This document shows positions 9,567 to 15,539 of a stretch of DNA of 19,270 nucleotides, piece after piece; the first letter of the stretch is position 1, and every line of letters begins with the position of its first letter. The translations under genes and the position numbers were made by a program. A model generated the notes under the pieces. It was not told the origin of the DNA. It did not search any database and saw only the letters and a list, made by a program, of their open reading frames with translations. The DNA lies in IMG/VR virus record IMGVR_UViG_2648501186_000011, positions 1-19,270 of that record. One strand, given 5' to 3'. Source of the stretch: a virus (taxonomy: Duplodnaviria; Heunggongvirae; Uroviricota; Caudoviricetes).

Positions 9567-9794
9567 ATGACTACTAAAGCTACTCGCGGTCGCCCTGCCC
9601 GTTTTACCCGTGAACAGATGGCTGATATTGCCTACGCTTACTATACAGCGGATCGCGGGAAGGAATCGAAAGAACAGATTCTTAGTGAACATGGGATTTC
9701 AGTAGCCCAATTCTATAAGAATATGAAGAAGTTAGACATTAAATTCTATGTTCAGATCGATGACGGTCAGATCGTAGAAGCAACAGGTTTTTGA
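9567..9794 (+). CDS. Small DNA-binding protein, GRP arm plus resolvase/Hin-type HTH (75 aa; start refined from 9534)
   Basis: ATG at 9567 has SD GGAGGA 7 nt upstream. The N-terminal TRGRPARFT is an AT-hook/Hin-like minor-groove arm and HGISVAQFYKNMKKL is a resolvase-type HTH. Paralogous to the 14077..14292 product. Confidence 0.6.
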   Translation: MTTKATRGRPARFTREQMADIAYAYYTADRGKESKEQILSEHGISVAQFYKNMKKLDIKFYVQIDDGQIVEATGF

Positions 9795-9809
9795 GTTTTG
9801 ATTCTCTTT

Positions 9810-9833
9810 GCCACTCTTCGGAGTGGCTTTTTT
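9810..9833 (+). terminator. Intrinsic terminator after the 8926-9794 module
   Basis: GCCACUC-UUCG-GAGUGGC followed by UUUUUU. Confidence 0.75.
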
Positions 9834-9877
9834 GTATATAAAACAATCTGAGCAAAACTGCGCACATCTCCATATAC

Positions 9878-9905
9878 AAAAAGCCCCACCATTACGGCAG
9901 GGCTT
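9878..9905 (-). terminator. Intrinsic terminator after the 214-aa gene
   Basis: Minus-strand RNA AGCCCUGCC-GUAAU-GGUGGGGCU followed by UUUUU. Closely related in sequence to the terminator at 2610-2635. Confidence 0.6.
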
Positions 9906-9909
9906 CTAA

Positions 9910-10554
9910 TCAGATTCCGAAGATAGCAAGGTCAATACAGTTTTCACTATCAAGCAAATCACCAGGACATTTCTTAGTCTTAGGCTTTCTAACACGCGTT
10001 TTAACGGCTTTAACCTTAATGGTCGTGGGGTTGGCTTCCTGTAACTTGATTTTCGCTCTCATGGCCTCGGCAGCAGCCATAATTTCTTCTTCTATTCTAT
10101 TTCTTTGTTCTTTCTCTCTTTGTGCTTGAAACAGTGCCAGCCTCATCCATTCTATCTTCTGGTGTTCTGGATCTGCATTAGCAAGAGCATCCTTCAAACG
10201 AAGATATTCAACCTTATCCGCATCACTCAAAGAATTATAGAAAGCAAGTTCTTTATTATTTCGTTGTTCTAGTTCCTCTTCCATACGGCGAATATCTTTG
10301 ACGATCATGTAAGCGATGTTAGCACTTAATCCCATCATGATAATCAACACGGATCGCTTTCCACCTCTACCTTCAAAGACATAATCACCATCGGTCTTAG
10401 TTGGCTTTTCTTTTAATGCATCCCAACATCTAAGCAATTCCTCTTCCGCCTTCTGATATGACACCTCACATACAACAGCAACCTCGCTTAAAAGCATAGA
10501 TTTAACGCTATCATCACGCATAGCACGGGTAATATCTTCAATAGTCAGATTCAT
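9910..10554 (-). CDS. Hypothetical protein (214 aa)
   Basis: ORF track; SD GAGGA 6 nt upstream. One moderately hydrophobic segment (SVLIIMMGLSANIAYMIV) and a charged coiled-coil-like C-terminal half. Confidence 0.6.
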   Translation of the reverse strand: MNLTIEDITRAMRDDSVKSMLLSEVAVVCEVSYQKAEEELLRCWDALKEKPTKTDGDYVFEGRGGKRSVLIIMMGLSANIAYMIVKDIRRMEEELEQRNNKELAFYNSLSDADKVEYLRLKDALANADPEHQKIEWMRLALFQAQREKEQRNRIEEEIMAAAEAMRAKIKLQEANPTTIKVKAVKTRVRKPKTKKCPGDLLDSENCIDLAIFGI

Positions 10555-10567
10555 AGTGTTCTATCCT

Positions 10568-10593
10568 CAATAAAAGCCCCATATTTCAGGGGC
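10568..10593 (-). terminator. Intergenic hairpin with U-tract between the Rha gene and the 214-aa gene
   Basis: Minus-strand RNA GCCCC-UGAAAUAU-GGGGC followed by UUUUAUUGAGGA, immediately before the SD of the next gene; more likely an attenuator than a full stop. Confidence 0.5.
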
Positions 10594-10607
10594 AAAATAA
10601 TAAAAAA

Positions 10608-11480
10608 TTAAATTCCAAAGTATTCCAGCGATCCGGCGTTCTTACGAATCAGTGCGGCAGTATTATTGACGATTGCACGAGCATTGTTAGGCTGCGGTAA
10701 TTTCAAAGTTGCTCGTTGTTCTTCTTCAATCAATCCCAATTTAACCAGCACAGGTAAACAGTCAGTTGTGAACTCAAGCTGACCATGTGCTGATTGTCGA
10801 GCGTACATGTAAGCAGGAGGAAGAACATCATAGCCGTTAGGCTTACCAGAAGCATCCAGACGACGCTCAATGTGTTTAGCCTCACATAACCCTTTCAGAA
10901 TGCGCTGTACCTTGCCAGAGCCTCGTTTTTCGCCCAATAAGCGGGTTAAGCTGTGTGCGTCAATGGCACGGCGAACATGGAGATCAACTAATTGTTGATT
11001 CTCGTGAAGCAATTGTTCTTTTTCTTCTTCAAGTTTAACCGCTTCGCGCATCCAGTCGAGCTTAGTCATCTTGCTTGCGTCTGGGAACGGATTAGCTTCT
11101 TTGTTTGCCAATTCTGTTAGTAAACGTGCGTTTTCCTCTTTCAGAATCTTCCATTCTTTAATTACACGATTACGAATCGGTGTGCTATATCCAGTGACAA
11201 GAGTCATGCAAAGTTCTTCGTTCAAATGGCATACCGGATCTTTAACAACAATACCTAAGCCATTGATTTTCTCCACAAGACCAAAATTGGACTCCTGCGG
11301 GATACCCAATTCTTTGTACATCACGCGAATGTCACGCAAAACATGTTTATGTTTCTTTCCGGTAAACTCGGCGATCTGGAAAGATGACATAGTTAATTCT
11401 TTTTCTACAGAGTCGTTTGCAGCAACCAGAGACACGGAAGCAGTTTTAACAGCAGTATTCATAGTAGTAACAGTATTCAT
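10608..11480 (-). CDS. Rha-family phage regulatory protein / antirepressor-like (290 aa)
   Basis: N-terminal FQIAEFTGKKHKHVLRDIRVMYKELGI matches the HxxVLRDI signature I associate with the Rha family. The start is ambiguous between M1 (11480, SD AAGGGG 10 nt upstream) and M7 because of an 18-bp tandem duplication. Confidence 0.65.
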   Translation of the reverse strand: MNTVTTMNTAVKTASVSLVAANDSVEKELTMSSFQIAEFTGKKHKHVLRDIRVMYKELGIPQESNFGLVEKINGLGIVVKDPVCHLNEELCMTLVTGYSTPIRNRVIKEWKILKEENARLLTELANKEANPFPDASKMTKLDWMREAVKLEEEKEQLLHENQQLVDLHVRRAIDAHSLTRLLGEKRGSGKVQRILKGLCEAKHIERRLDASGKPNGYDVLPPAYMYARQSAHGQLEFTTDCLPVLVKLGLIEEEQRATLKLPQPNNARAIVNNTAALIRKNAGSLEYFGI

Positions 11481-11522
11481 AGTAGTAATTCCCCTTTCGG
11501 TTTAGTGATATTGATCCTCCTA

Positions 11523-11554
11523 GTTCCGGCATCACCACCGGAACATTTTTATTT
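11523..11554 (+). terminator. Palindromic hairpin with plus-strand U-tract
   Basis: GTTCCGG-catcacca-CCGGAAC followed by ATTTTTATTT on the plus strand. Oriented to stop plus-strand (antisense) transcription entering the minus-strand operon. Confidence 0.45.
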
Positions 11555-11568
11555 ATGATAGAAATTTA

Positions 11569-11901
11569 TTACCAATCGATTTCTACTTGGTCTTCTTCAT
11601 AATAAGGAATCGCATATTCATAACGCCAATTTTCGATGATTTCACGTTCTTCATTAGTAAGAAGGTGATTGTTAACTGGAGTCGCATTGTGATTACCAGC
11701 TTCGAATTGCTCGCGAACTTCCAGCATTGCATGAATACCAGTTAAGGACATCAGATCAAACGGAACATGCATACTACGGGAGATAGTTTCACGGGATACG
11801 CCCCAATCATTTTCTACATGGCTAGGGGTTACAGAAACGGTTTTGCCGGAGATTTTAACAGTCCAGTCATACAGGGATTTAGTGATGGTAAATTCTTTCA
11901 T
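11569..11901 (-). CDS. Hypothetical protein (110 aa)
   Basis: ORF track; SD AGAGGA upstream; promoter-like sequence immediately upstream. Confidence 0.6.
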   Translation of the reverse strand: MKEFTITKSLYDWTVKISGKTVSVTPSHVENDWGVSRETISRSMHVPFDLMSLTGIHAMLEVREQFEAGNHNATPVNNHLLTNEEREIIENWRYEYAIPYYEEDQVEIDW

Positions 11902-11957
11902 GTTACATCCTCTTTACAAATCTAGGTCAAATAGGTTCAAAGTTGTCAAGTGCGATA

Positions 11958-11986
11958 ATCATAAAAAAGTTTGAAGATATTGTCAA
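11958..11986 (-). promoter_or_regulatory. Sigma70-like promoter: TTGACA, 17-nt spacer, TATGAT
   Basis: Read on the minus strand: -35 at plus 11981-11986, -10 at plus 11958-11963. The -35 overlaps the palindrome at 11980-12000. Confidence 0.6.
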
Positions 11987-12000
11987 ATACCCCTTGACAA
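11980..12000. promoter_or_regulatory. Operator-like palindrome TTGTCAA-N7-TTGACAA
   Basis: Perfect 7-bp inverted repeat with a 7-bp spacer. Further TTGTCAAG, GGTCAAA, GTTCAAA and GTTGACC half-site-like copies between 11923 and 12018. Confidence 0.5.
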
Positions 12001-12022
12001 GACGCCAAAGGGTTGACCTAAC

Positions 12023-12490
12023 TTACAGCATATCTAAGCCTTCATCGTAACCATAGAAGCCATTCTGAGAAGAGAAACAGATTGGAGCGTAGTCGTCGTC
12101 ATCTTCGTCTTGTTCATCGCGTTCTGGTGCTTTCTGAGCGGTTTCTTTGCCGTAGTTAAACATTGCTTCATCCAGTTCATAGACAGTAACGAAGCTACCC
12201 AGGTCAATGTCACCGGAACGGACTTCAAACGGAAGATCATCACGAACAATAATTGCTGGTAGATTCTGGTACTTTAAGCGTTCTTCATCGGTGAAGACGT
12301 TAACAACAATGGTCGGCTTCTTATTACGGCAAAACGCATACCATGCACTAGAGAAATGAGATTCATCAGAGTTGAAAAGAATGTTGTAACCACGTTCACG
12401 GAACATCTTCATTAACTTGTCATTGTGGAAGCTATCAGCATCAAAACCTAACAGGATGAAAGGAGTAGTGGTAGTCATTTTATGGTTCAT
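12023..12490 (-). CDS. Hypothetical acidic protein (155 aa)
   Basis: ORF track; SD AGAGGA 8 nt upstream. First gene leftward of the repeat hub. An inverted repeat AGTGAA-N9-TTCACT (12512-12532) lies in its leader. Confidence 0.6.
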   Translation of the reverse strand: MNHKMTTTTPFILLGFDADSFHNDKLMKMFRERGYNILFNSDESHFSSAWYAFCRNKKPTIVVNVFTDEERLKYQNLPAIIVRDDLPFEVRSGDIDLGSFVTVYELDEAMFNYGKETAQKAPERDEQDEDDDDYAPICFSSQNGFYGYDEGLDML

Positions 12491-12564
12491 AGTGGAAATC
12501 CTCTAAAAGAAAGTGAATCAAGTAAGTTCACTATTATTTATAAAGAGAAAATTCTTGTTATTAT

Positions 12565-12882
12565 GAAAAGAGTGATCTGGTAGAGTCCAAAACTGGTCTG
12601 TACTTGAAAGGTGATTGGATTCAGTCGGGCTAAAGCCCTCCTTCATAGATTTTGATTAAATCATCACCAAAACGAAGAAGTATCTTTAGAATATAAGAAT
12701 CTTTCTTTTGAAGAAATAATAATAATCAAACAAGATGGACGCTCCCTGAGCGTCTGCGAAGCATATCTAATTCCTTCCAGTATCATCAAAGTGATCTAGA
12801 ATCAGTTTGTAATCATTATCTTCAAAGTGATTGTAATATCTTTATCTTGAAAGTGATTATAACTACCTTCTTCAAAGTGATC
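12565..12882. repeat. Direct-repeat family (A/T)TCTTSAAAGTGAT, four good and two degenerate copies
   Basis: Cores at 12787-12795, 12823-12831, 12849-12857 and 12873-12881 spaced 24-36 bp; degenerate copies near 12565-12577 and 12603-12616. Confidence 0.7.
12738..12754. other. Perfect palindrome GACGCTC-cct-GAGCGTC
   Basis: 7-bp inverted repeat with a 3-nt spacer in non-coding DNA. Confidence 0.4.
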
Positions 12883-12943
12883 TTGAATCATCATGTAAAC
12901 CAGATTAAAATCCCTTCCTGAATGATTTCAAAACAGATTACTC

Positions 12944-12959
12944 GCGCCCCGCAGGGCGC
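12944..12959 (+). other. Hairpin GCGCCC-CGCA-GGGCGC followed by a T-rich stretch
   Basis: 6-bp stem then ATAATATTCTTTTCTTTT on the plus strand; terminator-like, sharing the GCCCCGCAGG core with 6921-6940. Confidence 0.4.
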
Positions 12960-13074
12960 ATAATATTCTTTTCTTTTATCTACAATCTCTTTCATACCAA
13001 CTCTTTACTATTAACTATTACATATTACATATGACACCCTTCTAAGCCTTGTCCTGTCTGGGTTTCCGTGATTT

Positions 13075-13166
13075 TTGTACATCCTTGTACATCGTAGTAC
13101 ATGTGTTGTACATCCTTGTACATCCTTGTACACGTCACGTACATAGATGTACATCCTTGTACATCT
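13075..13166. repeat. Helically phased array of nine TTGTACATCC-type repeats
   Basis: GTACA begins at 13077, 13087, 13097, 13108, 13118, 13128, 13139, 13149 and 13159, a 10-11 bp period, so every copy is on one face of the helix. Confidence 0.8.
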
Positions 13167-13249
13167 AGGTTAAAAACCAATCAAAAATAGCCATAAAATC
13201 ACCATTTTGAGGGTGTATTTGCTCAATATTTCATCGTGTTTTTGTGATT

Positions 13250-13322
13250 CTGTACAGCAAATCTGTGTCTTGTACACCTTGTACATCTAATACATGTCTT
13301 GTACACCTTGTACATCTAATAC
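13250..13322. repeat. Second TGTACA cluster with two ~28-bp direct repeats
   Basis: gtcttgtacaccttgtacatctaatac occurs twice (about 13267-13293 and 13296-13322). GTACA at 13252, 13272, 13281, 13301 and 13310. Confidence 0.75.
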
Positions 13323-13495
13323 CGGGGAATAGCCCCCCTAATACCGGGGGATTTGTGGATACTAATACCGGGGAAAAAAAACCTAATACCGGGGGATTTT
13401 TATGTGGATGAATGATGGCCTAATCCGGGGGATTCTCTTACAGGACGGTTATCATTTACCCCCTAATACCGGGGAAATTAACCTAATCCGGGGGA
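13316..13495. repeat. Seven iteron-like direct repeats CTAAT(A)CCGGGG(G)A with DnaA-box-like motifs
   Basis: Copies start at 13316, 13338, 13362, 13383, 13420, 13463 and 13483, mostly 20-24 bp apart. TGTGGATAc (13353-13361) and TGTGGATGA (13403-13411) resemble the DnaA box TGTGGATAA. An AT-rich stretch follows at 13540-13640. Confidence 0.75.
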
Positions 13496-13643
13496 TTTTT
13501 GCTTCCAAAACGGGGATATCGCGGGGAAACCCTTAAATTCATTCAAATATTTTGATAGAAAATTCTTGTATATTATTTAACCAAAAAATCATCAAAAATC
13601 GCTGTAGCTTAATGATTTAAAAGGAATTTTCAAAAGGTCACCG

Positions 13644-13652
13644 TGCTATAAT
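13644..13652 (+). promoter_or_regulatory. Possible extended -10 promoter element (TGcTATAAT)
   Basis: TATAAT at 13647-13652 with TG at 13644-13645; only a weak -35 (TTTTCA region). Confidence 0.35.
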
Positions 13653-13732
13653 AGGTTATAAAGGTTGATAATCATTATTCGCCATTTTCACACAAAAATT
13701 TTGATAGTCTTTTCTCGCTTAGGTCAAGGGTA

Positions 13733-13761
13733 TTGACATCTGTCAAGGATTATTTTATGCT
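13733..13761 (+). promoter_or_regulatory. Sigma70-like promoter TTGACA, 17-nt spacer, TATGCT, with overlapping palindrome
   Basis: -35 at 13733-13738, -10 at 13756-13761. The palindrome TTGACA-tc-TGTCAA (13733-13746) recalls the 11980-12000 operator-like site. Confidence 0.5.
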
Positions 13762-13942
13762 TTTTCTCGTTGGTAGGGGTTGAAATTTTCAAAACAATCC
13801 CCATATAGATGATAAGCAAGATTTTCTCGCTACTAAATACATGTGAGCGATGATTATGACTCACTGACCTGAAAAGCTGAAACAGCATAAAATTCTAAAA
13901 AATGCGGTTTTCAGTTTTTCAAAAAGGGGTACAGGAGTCAGA

Positions 13943-13984
13943 ATGATTAAAAAATCGCCAGATAATATTCTGTCTATAGCGTAA
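13943..13984 (+). other. 13-codon mini-ORF (MIKKSPDNILSIA) with a strong SD
   Basis: AGGAG (13932-13936) 6 nt before the ATG at 13943; stop at 13982-13984. It is followed about 35 nt later by the terminator hairpin at 14021-14041, a leader-peptide-like arrangement. Confidence 0.35.
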
Positions 13985-14020
13985 AACTAAGCGCATTACA
14001 GAATAATATAAATATCATCG

Positions 14021-14041
14021 AGAGCGGTTAACGCTCTTTTT
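14021..14041 (+). terminator. Intrinsic terminator/attenuator upstream of the first rightward gene
   Basis: AGAGCG-GUUAA-CGCUCU followed by UUUUU, 20 nt upstream of the SD for the 14077 gene. Confidence 0.6.
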
Positions 14042-14076
14042 AATAAGAAAGATTTGTCTCTTAAGGGGAAGAAACT

Positions 14077-14292
14077 ATGAAAAACTCAATCATGGGGCGT
14101 CCGGTTAAAATCACCGAAGAAAAATACAAAGAAATCCTGATTGCTTACCACTCACAAGTTAATGCAACGAATGCTGATCGTGATGCACTTCTGGCAAAAT
14201 ATGGAATTACTCGCCGGACGTTTTCAAGGCTAGCTCATCGTTACCCAAATGTGAAAGTCGTAACTAAAGTGGTGAATGTAGAAATAGCATAA
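14077..14292 (+). CDS. Small DNA-binding protein, GRP arm plus resolvase/Hin-type HTH (71 aa)
   Basis: SD AAGGGG 8 nt upstream. MGRPVKIT...LLAKYGITRRTFSRLAHRY is paralogous to the 9567..9794 product. Confidence 0.65.
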   Translation: MKNSIMGRPVKITEEKYKEILIAYHSQVNATNADRDALLAKYGITRRTFSRLAHRYPNVKVVTKVVNVEIA

Positions 14293-14327
14293 ATCGCTTA
14301 CTGAGAATTACATTATGAAACTTTTAA

Positions 14328-14363
14328 CCAATAAAAAAGCCCCCTTGCGGCAACAAGGAGGCT
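14328..14363 (-). terminator. Strong hairpin with U-tract, oriented for the minus strand, between two plus-strand genes
   Basis: Minus-strand RNA AGCCUCCUUG-UUGCCG-CAAGGGGGCU (10-bp stem with one G.U) followed by UUUUUUAUU. On the plus strand the A-tract precedes the hairpin, so it may work bidirectionally. Confidence 0.5.
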
Positions 14364-14396
14364 TGAAATGAAGATTTGATACGGAGATAAAAAGAA

Positions 14397-15512
14397 ATGT
14401 CTAACAAGAATAACACTTCAATTGTATTTATTAACTTCAAAAACGACGAAAGCATTCTGAGCAACAATGAACAGATCGTGATGAAAGATTGTGGTGAAAA
14501 TGTCACTACCGTTTTCAAAGAAACTGCAAACACTCTAACCGAACTGGTTGCTAAAGTTCGCGGATATGGTGCTGTTCGTAAAGCTGAGTTTGAGATGGTT
14601 CAAAACTATACCCGCTCTGTTACGGTTGGCGACAAGAAATATAACAAAAACACACATAAGCTGATCGCTAATGATGAAATCAAACTGGTACAGATTTGCA
14701 CTACCGACAAAAACGCTATTTTCTTGTTGGTTGTTCTTGAAAATGAAGCTGGTTTACGTCGCGGTGTTCTGCGTCACCGTTCCATGCGTAATGAAGCTGG
14801 TGTGATTGGTTCTAAAATCCATAACCGCGCATACACTTCTACTTCCAACTGGATCATTGCTGGCGAGAACGAAGGTAAAACAGGCGAGACTTTCAACATT
14901 GCTTTCTTCTCTGCTTTTGACGAAAAGAAACATGTTAAATGGAAACTGAATAATGAAGCCGTAGAAGCTCCTGTGCGCGATTCTGAGAAACAATCTGTTG
15001 AAATCGATGAATCCCACATCATGGCTATGATTCGCGGCGTAGAGAAGCGTTTACGTGATGAATTTAACGCTAAACTTGAAGCTAAAGACAAAGAGATCGC
15101 GGAACTGAAAGCACGTTTAGAAGCAGTAGAAATCAAGACTATTGACACTACTGAAAATCCTGTTTCTAAAGACGTTGTTGCTGATCTGCAATGCGAGATC
15201 CAGATCGCCAGCGACTTCCAGAAAGCAACCAACAAACTCAATGCAAAATTAGAGCGTCGTGATAATGGTCAGCGTCTGTCTGGTGATGATATTCAGGTTA
15301 TTCTGCGCGGTGATATGAAAGAGATTAATGCTAAGTTTGCACCGAAAGGTGTTTTTGCTAGCAAGATTAACGAAGCCCAGGTCGATGAATTGATGCACGC
15401 GTTAGAAGCAGACACCAACGAGACTGTTAAAGCCGCTAATGATGACGTTGCGGCATCTGCAATCGTTTCTGACGAATATTTGAAAGAATTAGATGCACTT
15501 TTGGCTATGTAA
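14397..15512 (+). CDS. Hypothetical protein A (371 aa): N-terminal globular domain plus C-terminal coiled-coil-like region
   Basis: ORF track; SD GGAG 10 nt upstream. The C-terminal half is rich in charged, heptad-like sequence (KLEAKDKEIAELKARLEAVE). No recognisable family. Confidence 0.7.
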   Translation: MSNKNNTSIVFINFKNDESILSNNEQIVMKDCGENVTTVFKETANTLTELVAKVRGYGAVRKAEFEMVQNYTRSVTVGDKKYNKNTHKLIANDEIKLVQICTTDKNAIFLLVVLENEAGLRRGVLRHRSMRNEAGVIGSKIHNRAYTSTSNWIIAGENEGKTGETFNIAFFSAFDEKKHVKWKLNNEAVEAPVRDSEKQSVEIDESHIMAMIRGVEKRLRDEFNAKLEAKDKEIAELKARLEAVEIKTIDTTENPVSKDVVADLQCEIQIASDFQKATNKLNAKLERRDNGQRLSGDDIQVILRGDMKEINAKFAPKGVFASKINEAQVDELMHALEADTNETVKAANDDVAASAIVSDEYLKELDALLAM

Positions 15513-15539
15513 TTTTAATTTTTAAGAGGAATAACGATT

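Noticed and set aside
9435-9692. Minus-strand 85-aa ORF
   Set aside because: Antisense across the junction of the two plus-strand genes, which have proper SDs and a terminator.
11071-11505. Plus-strand 144-aa ORF
   Set aside because: Antisense to the Rha gene, whose N-terminal family motif supports the minus-strand frame.
12034-12249. Minus-strand 71-aa ORF
   Set aside because: Alternative frame inside the 155-aa gene.
13316-13495. CRISPR array
   Set aside because: Repeats are only ~14 bp with 6-30 bp irregular spacers and no cas genes nearby; CRISPR repeats are 28-37 bp with uniform spacers.
14324-14533. Minus-strand 69-aa ORF
   Set aside because: Overlaps the terminator hairpin and the start of gene A on the opposite strand.
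14860-14890. Walker A-like motif AGENEGKT in protein A
   Set aside because: It matches [AG]x4GK[ST] but sits mid-protein with no Walker B or other NTPase motifs I can see; probably chance.
14754-15241. Minus-strand ORFs 14754..15017 and 14774..15241
   Set aside because: Antisense to gene A; no SD or promoter.
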